A stretch of DNA of 64,000 bases, taken from NCBI GenBank assembly GCA_963785195.1, contig CAWAUE010000003.1:9137-73136 (forward strand). Reading direction: 5' to 3'. A program made the position numbers and the translations under genes. This document shows positions 8,945 through 18,722 of the stretch, one piece after another. This DNA comes from an uncultured Solirubrobacterales bacterium. Its GTDB lineage: Bacteria > Actinomycetota > Thermoleophilia > Solirubrobacterales > 70-9. Numbering within the stretch: position 1 is the stretch's first letter; the number at the start of each line of letters is the position of its first letter. A model generated the notes under the pieces. That model did no database searches, had not been told where the DNA came from, and saw only the letters and a list, made by a program, of their open reading frames with translations.

Positions 8945-10135
8945 TCAGCCGACGATGACCGGCACGCGCTGGACCTCGTTGTTGGCATAGCCGCCGAGGT
9001 TCCACGGGGCCTCGAGCGGCTGTCGGTTGCCGAGTGCGTCGGTGGCCCGGCAACACACCTCGTACGCGCCGGGCTCATCCGCCCGCCAGTCCCACTCCCA
9101 GCCGACCCAGGACCATCGCGACGGCTGCGGGCCGAGGCGGGCGTCGCTCCAGCTCGCGCCGCCGTCGGCGCTCACCTCGACCCGCTCGATCGGGCCGTAT
9201 CCCGACCATGCGCGGCCTCGCACCGTGCATGGCCCCGGCTCCAGCCGGCGCTCGCGCGTGGCGAAGTCCGGGATCCCCGGCGGGACCATCAGCGACCGCG
9301 GCACGATCCGGTCGACGGGCTCGCCCTGCTCGTCGGGCGTCTGGCGGAAGCGGTAGCCGCGCGCCTGCTGATAGCCGGCGAACGGGCGGTCGATGAGCGT
9401 CACCGCCTCGAGCCACTTGACGCTCGTCATGCCGTACCAGCCGGGAACCACCAGCCGCAGCGGGAAGCCGTGCTGCGGCGGCAGCGGCGCGTCGTTCATC
9501 GCGTAGGCGAGCAGCACCTCGTCGCGGCGCGCCTCGTCGAGGGTGAGGCTGCGCTCGTACTGCTGCTCCTCCCCGCCCTCGACCCCGCGGTCGAGGCCAC
9601 GGAAGAGCACCTCGACGGCCGACCCCTGCACCCCGGCCTCGTCGAGCAGGTCGGCGAGCCGGACGCCCGTCCACTCCGCGGTGCCGACGGCCTCGAGCAG
9701 CCAGGGCTGGCTGAGCGGCCTGGGCTCGAGGCGGGCGCGCCCGTTGCCGGCGCACTCCATGGTCACGGCGAGGGTGGTCGCCGGACGGTCGCGGAGCTCG
9801 TCGAGCGACAGCGAGAGCTCACGCTCGACCAGGCCGCCGACGGCCAACCGCCAGCTCGGCCCGTCGACTACCGGGACGTCGTAATGGACGAGCAGGTAGT
9901 GCAATCCGGGCGGCGTGACGTCGTAGGCGAGCGCCTCGAGCGGCAGACCGTGATTGCGGGTCGCAAGGCGGAGCTCGGCCGGGGTGAACGCCTCCGACTC
10001 CTCGACACCCGGCAGCGTGACCGGGCCGTCTCCGGGCTCGGCGGCCGTGCTACGCCGCCCTGGCGGCCGCCGCGGCGTCGGCGAGCGCGTCGAGCTCGGC
10101 GTGAAGCGCGTGCACGAACTCGGAGTCGGGCTCAC
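8945..10135 (-). CDS. Molybdopterin-dependent oxidoreductase, sulfite oxidase family
   Basis: Motifs TMECAGNGR (Mo-ligand Cys), HGFPLRLVVPGWYGMTSVKWL, and a dimerisation-type C-terminal domain. The only canonical start is GTG 10135, which overlaps the upstream gene by 86 nt, so the start is uncertain. Confidence 0.85.
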   Translation of the reverse strand: MSPTPSSCTRFTPSSTRSPTPRRPPGRRSTAAEPGDGPVTLPGVEESEAFTPAELRLATRNHGLPLEALAYDVTPPGLHYLLVHYDVPVVDGPSWRLAVGGLVERELSLSLDELRDRPATTLAVTMECAGNGRARLEPRPLSQPWLLEAVGTAEWTGVRLADLLDEAGVQGSAVEVLFRGLDRGVEGGEEQQYERSLTLDEARRDEVLLAYAMNDAPLPPQHGFPLRLVVPGWYGMTSVKWLEAVTLIDRPFAGYQQARGYRFRQTPDEQGEPVDRIVPRSLMVPPGIPDFATRERRLEPGPCTVRGRAWSGYGPIERVEVSADGGASWSDARLGPQPSRWSWVGWEWDWRADEPGAYEVCCRATDALGNRQPLEAPWNLGGYANNEVQRVPVIVG

Positions 10136-10697
10136 TCGCCTCGATCATCGCGACGCTCTCGGAGTAGTGGCCGGCCATCCCGCCGACCGTCGTTCCCATG
10201 CGCGCCTCGATCGAGCCGGATTCCCCGTCGATGCCGCGGCGCAGGCCACGGATGTCCGAGAGCTTGTCGGCCGCGAAGATCGTGATCGCCCCGCTCCCCG
10301 CGGCGCGCACCTGGTCGCGCAGCGCCTCCTTGCGCTTGGCGAAGGAGTCGATTGCCGCGTCCTCGGTGAGCGCGAGCACGAGCGCGGCGATCTCCTCGTC
10401 GACCTCGGCGCGCAGCCGCGCCTCGCTGAGCGTGCCGCGCTCGACCGCGTCGTGCAGCAGCCCGGCGGCGACGATCTCATCGTCGAAGCCCGCTTCGTGC
10501 AGCAGCCGCCCGACCTCCACGACGTGGTCGAGGAACGGCGCCTGGTCGGTTGCGCGGCACTGGTCGCCGTGCGCCTCGACCGCGAGCGCGTACGCGGCGC
10601 CGAGCAGGTCCGAGCCCGAGATCCACTCGGGCGGCGCGCCGGGCCCGGCCTGGGAGGGCGGCGCGGCGGGCGCATCGATCGGATTTGCTGAGCTCAG
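10050..10697 (-). CDS. HD-domain protein (RelA/SpoT-type HD_4 phosphohydrolase domain)
   Basis: The track ORF starts at GTG 10520, but the domain (LLGAAYALAVEAHGDQ...FLDHVVEVGRLLHEAG...AGLLHDAVE) begins upstream in the same open frame. The upper bound given here is a CTG at 10697, 5 nt after AAGGGG. Confidence 0.65.
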   Translation of the reverse strand: MSSANPIDAPAAPPSQAGPGAPPEWISGSDLLGAAYALAVEAHGDQCRATDQAPFLDHVVEVGRLLHEAGFDDEIVAAGLLHDAVERGTLSEARLRAEVDEEIAALVLALTEDAAIDSFAKRKEALRDQVRAAGSGAITIFAADKLSDIRGLRRGIDGESGSIEARMGTTVGGMAGHYSESVAMIEASEPDSEFVHALHAELDALADAAAAARAA

Positions 10698-10774
10698 AAG
10701 TTCCCCTTTTTTGCGCGTGTTCCCAGGACGTTAACACCGACGTTGCTCGCCGCATATCCGGGCCGGAAATTGGT

Positions 10775-10808
10775 GCGGCCCCGCGCGGGGTGTCTCGCGC
10801 GGGGCCGC
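10775..10808 (-). terminator. GC-rich hairpin (13-bp stem, 8-nt loop) downstream of the patatin operon
   Basis: GCGGCCCCGCGCG gggtgtct CGCGCGGGGCCGC. There is no clear U-tract, so a terminator role is tentative. Confidence 0.35.
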
Positions 10809-11106
10809 GGGGTTAGACCGCGTCGGGGTTAGGGGTGACGCGATCCCAGGCAGGGGCCAATCCGTCGGCCTACCCGCCTGCCCCCTCGATCACGCCGGAG
10901 GTCCCATGCCCCCCATGGGACACTGGGTCTTGGTGCGTCGAGGAAGACTCGCTCAGCTTCATCTCTGCGCTCGCTCGGCCATCGGCAACTCCGCCGGCGT
11001 CCGGGACGCGGCCGTTTGGGCGACCGCGTCGGGTGCGCAGACTTCTCGATCAGGAACTCCCCGGGGCCGAAGCCCTTCCCGAATTCCCATGCTACATGCC
11101 GGATCC

Positions 11107-14100
11107 CTAGCCTGCTGAGAGCCCGACCTTCGCCGCGATTCCGGCCCCGGCGGACGCCGCCCGAGCGGCAGCTCTGACCTGGAAGGCGGGCAGGAACAGG
11201 TAGACGAGGATCGCGACGGGCGCGACGAAGAGCGAGAGGGCGCAGGCCACCGTCTTCCACCACGCCTCGCCCCAGATGGCCGAGCCGCAGTCGAACACGG
11301 ACCAGACGATCAGGCCGACGGAGGCGAGCACGATCGCGACCATCACGACCGGCCCGGCCCACGGCTTGGCGATCAACGCGTTGATCGGCCGGCCGAGCAC
11401 CGGCACCGAGGCGATCGGAACGCCCAGGCCGAGCGCGATCACCGCCAGGGTGAGGATCGTCGGTGGGTTGCTCGAGCCCGGGGCGACGATCAGGTCCTGG
11501 GCCGCGAGCGGACCCGGCCACCAGCCGAGAATCAGCGCCCCGACACCGCCGACCGCAAGCAGGCCAATCGCGCACACCGCCTGCACCAGGCGCATCGACG
11601 CACGGCGCGTGCGATAGGCGCGGAACAAGGGCACGAGCACCACCCCGCCGACCACCAGGAGCGCTACCACCATCGCGAGCGCCGCCCGCGACCACAGCAG
11701 CTGTACCTCTGCCGGCTTGTTCGGGTCGGTCGTCACGACGCGGCTGGCGATGAAGACGGCTGCCGCCCAGAAGGCGAGCGCAGCCGTCGCCCGCACCCAC
11801 TTGCCGTGGGCGACGACACCGGCGACCGGCAGCAGCACCGCCTTGATCGGCGCCAGCACCGGGGAGGTCGGCGGGACCGCAGCGCGGGCGACCCCTACGC
11901 CCACCAGGCCGGCGCGGGTCATCGTCCGCAGCGCGAGCGTGCTCGCAAGCTCCTCGGGAGTCCGGCCCAAGCGTTGCGGCAGTCCTCCCGGTCCGCCCGG
12001 GCCCGGCGACGTGTCGTCGCGAGCGGCCTCGATCGTCGCCTTCAGCCCAGCCTCGATCGGCCACGCGAGTGGCCGGCTCGACGCCCCGAGATTGGCGTCG
12101 CCCGTCGACTCGACGTCGAGGATCGGGAGCTCGTCGGCGACGACCTCGAGCTGCGCTGCGCGAATGCACACGCGCTGGGTGAACTCGCCGTCGCCATCGA
12201 ACAGATCGGTTGCGAGGACGCCGGCGAGCTTCGCGCGTGTGTCGGCCGGTGGATCCGCGGTCGCTGCCGGGTGGATCGCGAACCAGTCGGCAAGCGCCTC
12301 ATCCACCAGCCAAACGCGGGTCTCGTCGCCGGCCGGAAGCAGCACGTCGGTCAGCGTGCCCACGATTCGGTCGCGGACCTCCGGCGTCTGACCCAACTCC
12401 CTGGCCCGCGCGGCGTCGACCAGCATCCGAACGACGGCCACAGCGCCGTCGAGGCGCCCCCACATGAAGTCGTTCGCGCGCCAGGAGCGACGGTAGAAGC
12501 CGGCGAAGTGCCCGACCTCGATCCCGGTGAGTTTGGCTGCCGGGGACGCGGGGGCCGACCCTTCGTGAAACGGGCGCTCGGAGAAGATCAGTCCCGGCGC
12601 GAGCGGCGTGAGCTGTGTGAACTCGACCTGCTGACCGCTGTCGATGTCGCCGGTGACGACCATCGAGCGGCGCACGACCTCGATCGCCAGCGCCCGGTCG
12701 AGAAACCGGGTGAACGTCGCGGCCGCATCCGCCCGCTCCTCCGGCGGCCCGAACAGAGCCTCTGAGAAGGGCGGCGCTTTGCCTTCCGCGGCGACATCGA
12801 GCAAACCGGCAACAGGTACGGCGGCTGCGACCCCGGCGGCGAGTGCCTCACGAGTCGAGGCCGCGGACTCCTGCGTCAGATCCAGGAGGGCCGCCATCTG
12901 GCTCGAGACGTCGTCGACGGAGACCATCTGGACGAGACAGGCCACGAGCGCCTTGTCAGCCAGCAGCTCGCTTCGCGACGCGGCCAGGGCCACGAGCTGT
13001 TCGCCGATCGCAGCCCGCGCCGCAAACAGCTCCAGGCGCTGGGTCGTCGAGGCGCCGGCGGCGGCATCGCGGATCAGATCGAGCAACAGGTGCAGCGCGC
13101 GCTCGGCCGTGCGAATGCCCCACCGCCACCGACCCTCGCCGGGATTCGCCAGTTGCTCGGGCACCCAGGGGAGCACCTCGCCGTCCCCCTCCAACTGCCC
13201 GAAGAGCAGCATCGCGACCGAGGGCTCGGCCAGCAGATCCTCGAGCGACTCGAGCATTCGTCGCGCCTGGTAGCCCGGGAAGAGCGTCTGCGCGACGGCC
13301 TGAAGGTGATCCGACCCAAGGCCCAGGAGCGCCTGCTTGGAATGGTCGGCGATCGCCGCGCGATGACGAGCGTTCTCGACGGCGTAGAGCTGGTCCACGA
13401 ACGGGGCGCGCCGTGGCAGCCCGAATACGTCCCCGAGAATCGTCGTGGTCGTCGGCTGCCGCGGCCGATCCTCGTCGGCCGCCGGCGGGGACTCGACCGG
13501 TGGGTCGGCGTTCACGTAACAGGCGTAGCGCCGTACCTGGCGCGACGCCGGCTGCATCGGGATCAGGTCGAGGGCGGCGCTGATCGGAGCGTTGTCCAGA
13601 AGGCCACCGTCGACCACCCACCGCTGCGACCGCTCCCCGAACCCGACCAGGCGCCGCGCCCCCTCGCCGTCGATCGGCCACGGCTCGAACGCGAGCGGGA
13701 ACGACGCGGAGGCGCGGGCGGCCTCGGCAAGGTTGTCGGCGGCGTAGTCGCCGGCGCCGCGGAAGCGAAACCGGGCGCGGAACTCCCGTGCGTCCAGGGA
13801 CCCTCCCCATCGGTCGGCGGACGAGTGACGCGCCCCGGCGAGGTCCGTGGTCGTCACATCGAGGGCGACGACCCGCGACTCGAGGTCCGCCTGCCCCCCG
13901 GGGAGTGCGACCCGCTTGGCGTCCTCGTCCTCGGCGCCCGGATCCCCGACGACGGCGCGGAACACCCGCAGCAGCTCCGAGTGGAACCTGTTCCCGTCCA
14001 TGAGCGCCGCTGGGTCGGACTCATTCTCGCCGTGAAGGAGCTTCATGAAGTCCCCGAGGTCGATCCACCGCTCGCGGACGTACCCGACGTCGAGCCGGCG

Positions 14101-14424
14101 CCGGGCCTTGCTCGCCGCCGCCAGGAGGGCCCCGTTGATGCCGCCCGCGCTCGCCCCGCTCATGATGTCCAGGACGAGCTCGCGCCCGAACGCCTGGCAG
14201 AGCGCGTTATAGAGCCGCCGCGGCTCCGGCGACCCCGCCGCGCTCGGGTCGGCCGGAAGCTCAGGCGAGAGGTGCGCGCGCCGGGCGCAGTCGAGCTCGA
14301 CCGCACACCCACCCATCCAGATCGCAAGGCTGACACCGCCGTTGAGCGCCATCGCGACCCGCACCTCCTCGACGAGCGGCGGGGGGACGATCGGAGCACC
14401 CGGGGCGTCGGCGGACGCGGTCAC
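11107..14424 (-). CDS. Patatin-like phospholipase with DUF3376-type middle region and polytopic C-terminal membrane domain
   Basis: 1105 aa. Oxyanion region LNGGVSLAIWMGG, nucleophile GASAGG, dyad Asp DGGLLDNAP, DUF3376-like block FAGFYRRSWRANDFMWGRLDGA. The last ~280 aa contain about 6-7 hydrophobic helices. GTG start overlaps the upstream stop (GTGA). Confidence 0.9.
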   Translation of the reverse strand: MTASADAPGAPIVPPPLVEEVRVAMALNGGVSLAIWMGGCAVELDCARRAHLSPELPADPSAAGSPEPRRLYNALCQAFGRELVLDIMSGASAGGINGALLAAASKARRRLDVGYVRERWIDLGDFMKLLHGENESDPAALMDGNRFHSELLRVFRAVVGDPGAEDEDAKRVALPGGQADLESRVVALDVTTTDLAGARHSSADRWGGSLDAREFRARFRFRGAGDYAADNLAEAARASASFPLAFEPWPIDGEGARRLVGFGERSQRWVVDGGLLDNAPISAALDLIPMQPASRQVRRYACYVNADPPVESPPAADEDRPRQPTTTTILGDVFGLPRRAPFVDQLYAVENARHRAAIADHSKQALLGLGSDHLQAVAQTLFPGYQARRMLESLEDLLAEPSVAMLLFGQLEGDGEVLPWVPEQLANPGEGRWRWGIRTAERALHLLLDLIRDAAAGASTTQRLELFAARAAIGEQLVALAASRSELLADKALVACLVQMVSVDDVSSQMAALLDLTQESAASTREALAAGVAAAVPVAGLLDVAAEGKAPPFSEALFGPPEERADAAATFTRFLDRALAIEVVRRSMVVTGDIDSGQQVEFTQLTPLAPGLIFSERPFHEGSAPASPAAKLTGIEVGHFAGFYRRSWRANDFMWGRLDGAVAVVRMLVDAARARELGQTPEVRDRIVGTLTDVLLPAGDETRVWLVDEALADWFAIHPAATADPPADTRAKLAGVLATDLFDGDGEFTQRVCIRAAQLEVVADELPILDVESTGDANLGASSRPLAWPIEAGLKATIEAARDDTSPGPGGPGGLPQRLGRTPEELASTLALRTMTRAGLVGVGVARAAVPPTSPVLAPIKAVLLPVAGVVAHGKWVRATAALAFWAAAVFIASRVVTTDPNKPAEVQLLWSRAALAMVVALLVVGGVVLVPLFRAYRTRRASMRLVQAVCAIGLLAVGGVGALILGWWPGPLAAQDLIVAPGSSNPPTILTLAVIALGLGVPIASVPVLGRPINALIAKPWAGPVVMVAIVLASVGLIVWSVFDCGSAIWGEAWWKTVACALSLFVAPVAILVYLFLPAFQVRAAARAASAGAGIAAKVGLSAG

Positions 14425-15722
14425 GAGCCGGGCCCTTCAGAGGGCTCGGGACGACCACGGAAGGCCGTCCGCGCGATGCGCAGCGCATTGTCGTGGAGGA
14501 TCGCCGCCGCGTGCCCGGGGTACGCCCGCTCGAGGCGGTCGTGCAGCAGCGCCAGGTTGTCGATGTCCTGGAGGCCGGTCAGCGTCGGGCGGATGAACCC
14601 GTCGAGGTCGGAGCCAATCCCGACGTTCTCATAGCCCTTCGTGTACTCGACGATCGCGTCGATGTGGCGCATGAGCACCTCCACGGACTGGTCGAGGTTC
14701 TCCGGGTACGGCCGCTTCGGCTTCTCGACGAGCTGGTGCTTGGCGAGGATCAGCCCGACCACTCCCCCGCGCTTCGCGATCCGCTCGATCGTCGGCCGGG
14801 TGAGGTTGTACTGCTGCCCGTGGAGGCGCACGGCCCCGTGTGTCGCGATCACGGGGTAGTCCTCCGGCCGATTGCCGCGTGCGCGGTCGAGGTCCTCGAT
14901 GATCCCGAACACCTCGTCGATCGCGTCCTCGCGCATGTGGCTGATGTCGATCAGTACGCGGTGCTCGTACATCGCCTCCACGGCGGCCCGCCCGAGGTCC
15001 GTGAGCGCCGGGCCCCACTGCCAGAAGATCGCGTTGTAGACCCAGTCGGGGAGGAACGGCAGCGCCGGGGTGTTCTTCGCCACCTGGCGGAAGAACAGGT
15101 GCGCCAGCGTCACGTACACGACCCCGGCGTCGGCGAGCGCCTTCACGTTCTCGGAGACCTGATCCGGGTCGGCACCGAGGTGAAAGCCGCCCTCGATGCA
15201 GTGGACGAACGCGGTCCGGTCGCCCAGGACCTCCGGGTCCAGATCCGCGACACGTCTGACGACCACATGCTCGGCGCCCCCGTGCTGCGTGCGGAGGTCC
15301 TCGTTGACGGTCTCGAGCTGTGCGCAGACGTCCGCGGCATACCCGCTCTCCGGCCGTCCCTCTGGCCATCGGCCAATGTCGATCTCGGCGAACGGCTGGT
15401 AGAGGACCGAGAAGACCAAGCGCACGCCGCCCGAGCGGACGCGGTCGAAATCGACGCGCCAGCCGGACTCCGGCGTCTCGTCGCTCAGCACCTTCGCCGC
15501 CCACCGCAGCAGCGCCAGGCGGAGCCGGTCCACCCATCTCGGGCGCCGCCGCGTCTGACCGGTCGCATGAGGCGCGGCCTCCTTCGGGCTCCGGGTCAGC
15601 TCGTGGAGGGCGCGATTGACGGGCGGCGCCGGGGCCTCATCGGCCGCCGACGGAAGATGCATCGGATAGTGACAGTGGAGATCCGCGATCCGGGGCGTTG
15701 AAGGCCCATCCGCTGTCGCCAT
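14421..15722 (-). CDS. Peptidase M19 (membrane dipeptidase)-like metallohydrolase
   Basis: ORF 14421..15944 trimmed to ATG 15722. M19-like blocks: ADLHCHYP, FVHCIEGGFHLG, VVYVTLAHLF, LIDISHM, VIATHGAVR, GGVVGLIL, IGSDLDGF. Confidence 0.85.
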   Translation of the reverse strand: MATADGPSTPRIADLHCHYPMHLPSAADEAPAPPVNRALHELTRSPKEAAPHATGQTRRRPRWVDRLRLALLRWAAKVLSDETPESGWRVDFDRVRSGGVRLVFSVLYQPFAEIDIGRWPEGRPESGYAADVCAQLETVNEDLRTQHGGAEHVVVRRVADLDPEVLGDRTAFVHCIEGGFHLGADPDQVSENVKALADAGVVYVTLAHLFFRQVAKNTPALPFLPDWVYNAIFWQWGPALTDLGRAAVEAMYEHRVLIDISHMREDAIDEVFGIIEDLDRARGNRPEDYPVIATHGAVRLHGQQYNLTRPTIERIAKRGGVVGLILAKHQLVEKPKRPYPENLDQSVEVLMRHIDAIVEYTKGYENVGIGSDLDGFIRPTLTGLQDIDNLALLHDRLERAYPGHAAAILHDNALRIARTAFRGRPEPSEGPGS

Positions 15723-15771
15723 TACACGCCTCACCCTAACCCCGCCCGCGGCCGCGAAGCAACCCGTCGCC

Positions 15772-16779
15772 TCAGGCGGCGGGAGCGCAGGCCGGGCATT
15801 CGAGCACGACCGGCGCGCGGCTCGGCCCGGTGACGAGCAGCCGCCCGTCGGCGGCGAGCGCCGCGCTCGAGACGGGACCCGGGTGACCGGCGTACTCGGC
15901 GACCTCGGCACCGCTCGTCGTGTCCCACACCCGCACCCGTCCATTGACGTCGCCGGCGACCACCAGACGCTCGTCCGCCCCGAACGCCGCGGTCGAGATC
16001 GCGTCCGGGGCCGTGAATCGCTGGAGCTCGACGCCGGTGATCACGTCCATGATCCGGACCGTCGGGCCGTTGGCGATCAGCACCCTGGCTCCATCGGAGC
16101 TGAGATCGACGTCGGCGCGGCCCGCCTCGAGGCCGAAGAAGTTGATGAGCTCGCCAGACGCCGCGTTGAAGACGTTGACCCATGAGCGCGGCCGCAGGAT
16201 CACGGCGAAGCTGCTGTCGTCGCGGGAGAACACGACCCGCGCCCGCGCGAGGTCCGGAACGTGGTGGACGGCGGCGACCTCCGAGCCGCTCCTCGTGTCG
16301 ACGATCTCGGCCACGTGCCTCGACCGCGGCCGGAAGGCCCGCTCGGCCGAGGGGCTGATCACCGGGGCCAGCGCCTCGCTGCGCCCGCGCACGCGGGCGA
16401 TGTTGCGGAGATCGGTCGGGTCGAGCTCCCTGGCGACGGCCCCACCGGTGGCCAGGACCCCGATCCCGTCCCTGGTGAAGGCGACCGCCGGGTCCGCGGT
16501 ACCCGGGGCGAGGCCCGCGCGGCGGCCGAGCCGCTTCCCGTCGCCGCACGACCAGAGGCTCGCGGTTCCGCCGCGGTCGAGCGTCACGCAGCGCCGCCCG
16601 TCGGGGCTGATCGCAGCGGCGGTCGCGCGCGCGGCCAGCACCGCGCGCTCGCGCGGCACAGCTGGCGGCGCCGCGGCGGTCGGGGCGGGCTCGGAGCCCC
16701 CGAGCGAGTAGATCGCCGCCACAGCCACCGCCGCTGCGGCGGCCGCCAGCAGGAGGGCGGTGCGGCCAGGTCGAGCCAC
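15772..16779 (-). CDS. Membrane-anchored WD40-like seven-blade beta-propeller protein
   Basis: ORF 15772..17112 trimmed to GTG 16779, giving VARPGRTALLLAAAAAAVAVAAIYS as anchor. Seven repeats ending in patterns such as TASLWS, VRIMDV and VRVWDT. Confidence 0.75.
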   Translation of the reverse strand: MARPGRTALLLAAAAAAVAVAAIYSLGGSEPAPTAAAPPAVPRERAVLAARATAAAISPDGRRCVTLDRGGTASLWSCGDGKRLGRRAGLAPGTADPAVAFTRDGIGVLATGGAVARELDPTDLRNIARVRGRSEALAPVISPSAERAFRPRSRHVAEIVDTRSGSEVAAVHHVPDLARARVVFSRDDSSFAVILRPRSWVNVFNAASGELINFFGLEAGRADVDLSSDGARVLIANGPTVRIMDVITGVELQRFTAPDAISTAAFGADERLVVAGDVNGRVRVWDTTSGAEVAEYAGHPGPVSSAALAADGRLLVTGPSRAPVVLECPACAPAA

Positions 16780-16869
16780 GCCCCGACGATGGCAAGCGCC
16801 CGTTACCGGCGCAACCGTTACACCGAATGATGTAAAGATCCGGCCCTGGAGGCCAGCCCCCCGACGTAG

Positions 16870-17895
16870 ATCGAGACGCCCGACGGACGACGACTCGCAA
16901 GGACTACATCGGCAACGCCGCGCGCGAACGGCCGGCTGGCGGCTGTGTTCTGCGCAGCTCGTGGTCGGCGGCGAGAGACGCGGTGTGCACTGCGTGCTGG
17001 TGCCGCTGCGCGACGACGACGGCGCGGTAGTCGACGGGGTACGGATCGCAGACTGCGGCACGAAGCTCGGCCTCAACGGCGTCGACAACGGCCGGATCTG
17101 GTTCGACGGCATCCGGGTACCGCGCGAGAACCTGCTCGACCGCTACGGACAGATCACAGAGCGACGGCGAGTACTACAGCCCGAGATCTAGAAACGAGGA
17201 CCGGCGCTTCTTCACGATGCTCGGCACGCTGATCCAGGGCCGGATCAGCGTCGGCGGCGCCGCGATCAGCGCGACCAAGGCGGCGCTGACGATCGCCGTG
17301 CGCCACGGCGACCGCCGACGACAGTTCGGCGCCGCCGGACTCCGACGAGGAGCTGCCGCTGCTCGACTTCCGCGTACATCAGCGGCGCCTGCTGCCGGCG
17401 ATTGGCGCGCACCTACGCGCTGCACTTCACCCAGGAGGGCGTCGTCGACGAGCTCGCCCGGATCTTCGGCGCCGACGACGGCAGCGCTGAGCAGAGCGAC
17501 GAGGAGCAGCTTGGCCGGCGCGAGCTCGAGTCACGCGCCGCAGGGCTCAAGGCGCTAGGCGACGTGGCACGCGACAGAGACGATCCAGACCTGCCGCGAG
17601 GCCTGCGGCGGCGCCGGCTATCTGAGCGAGAACCGCTTCGGCGAGCTGCGGGCGGACACGGACGTGTTCACCACTTCGAGGGCGACAACACGATCCTGCT
17701 CCAGCTCGTGGCCAAGTCGCTGCTGACCGGCTACCGCGACGACTTCGCCGACCTCGAACCCGATCGCGACCGCCGGCTTCGTCGCCGCCCAGGCCTGGGA
17801 GACGGTGGTCGAGCGCAGCGCCGCCCGGGAGATCATCCAGCGGCTCACCGACGACCTCGTCCCGGGCCGCGAGCGCGAAGAGGATGCGCCCGGGC
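16870..17895 (+). pseudogene. Acyl-CoA dehydrogenase/oxidase (FadE5-like) remnant: N-terminally truncated, at least 8 frameshifts
   Basis: Fragments in three frames: DYIGNAAR, GRLAAVF, AQLVVGGERRGVHCVLVPLRDDDG...[133 protein letters not shown]. Confidence 0.8.
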
Positions 17896-17904
17896 CAGGT
17901 CGTG

Positions 17905-18722
17905 CCGCGACATCCCGCGCAACGAGGAGCCACGTACAGGGCTCTCGATGGGCGAGCACCAGGCGATCTCGACCCGTCGACTGGGGGATCGGGCGTGCCG
18001 AGCAGGACGAGCTGGGCTGTCGCCAGCCACCGCAAGCTCGCCACCGCCTATGACCGCGGTTTCTTCGAGGACCTGCTGACGCCCGTACCTGGGGCTCGAC
18101 CGCGACCAGAACCTGCGCCCCGACTCGTCCATCGAGAAGCTCGGCGAAGCTCGAGCCGGTGTTCGGCCTCGACGACCCGGACGCCACGATGACCGCCGCC
18201 AACTCGACCCCGCTCTCCGACGGCGCGGCGACGGTGCTGCTGGCCAGCGACGAATGGGCAGCCGCGCAGGAAGCTGCCGCGCGCTGGCTCACATCGTCGA
18301 CGCCGAGACCGGCGCGGTCGACTTCGTCAAGCGGCGAGGACGACCTGCTGCTGGCGCCCGCTCTACGCCGTGCCGCGGCTGCTGGAGCGCAACGGCCTCT
18401 CGCTGCAGGACTTCGACCTGTACGAGATCCACGAGGCGTTCGCCTCGCACGGTGCTGATGACGCTGAAGGCCTGGGAGGACCCGGAGTTCTGCAGCGAGC
18501 GGCTCGGCCTGCGACGAGCCGCTGGGAGCGATCGACCCGGCGAAGATCAACGTCGCCGGCTCGTCGCTGGCGGCCGGCCACCCGTTCGGCGCCACCGGCG
18601 GGCGGATCGTCGCCACGCTGGCGAAGCTGCTGGCCGAGAGCGGGCTCCGGTCGCGGGCTGATCTCGATCTGCGCAGCCGGCGGCCAGGGCGTCTGCGCGA
18701 TCCTGGAGCGGCGCGACGATGA
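17905..18722 (+). pseudogene. Thiolase (FadA2/FadI-like acetyl-CoA C-acyltransferase) remnant: lacks the N-terminal third, at least 10 frameshifts
   Basis: Fragments: EEPRTGLSMGEHQAI, AVASHRKLATAYDRGFFEDLLTP, LGLDRDQNLRPDSSIEKL, KLEPVFGLDDPDATMTAANSTPLSDGAATVLLASDEWA, LYAVPRLLERNGLSLQDFDLYEIHEAFAS, INVAGSSLAAGHPFGATGGRIV, GLISICAAGGQGVCAILE. Confidence 0.8.

Noticed and set aside
10870-10962. 30-aa minus-strand ORF MKLSESSSTHQDPVSHGGHGTSGVIEGAGG in the 400-bp gap below the patatin gene, considered as a possible small peptide or RiPP precursor.
   Set aside because: No ribosome-binding site, mediocre GC3, and no modifying enzyme genes adjacent.
11107-15722. Considered whether the patatin operon is a CBASS-like or other anti-phage defence module, since patatin effectors occur there.
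   Set aside because: There is no cyclase/nucleotidyltransferase, no sensor NTPase and no other defence-type partner. The patatin is the housekeeping-looking DUF3376 type with its own membrane domain.
16779-17112. N-terminal 111 codons of track ORF 15772..17112, upstream of the propeller protein.
   Set aside because: This part is antisense to the acyl-CoA dehydrogenase remnant and is S/P/R/T-rich. The propeller protein has a sensible anchor starting at GTG 16779.
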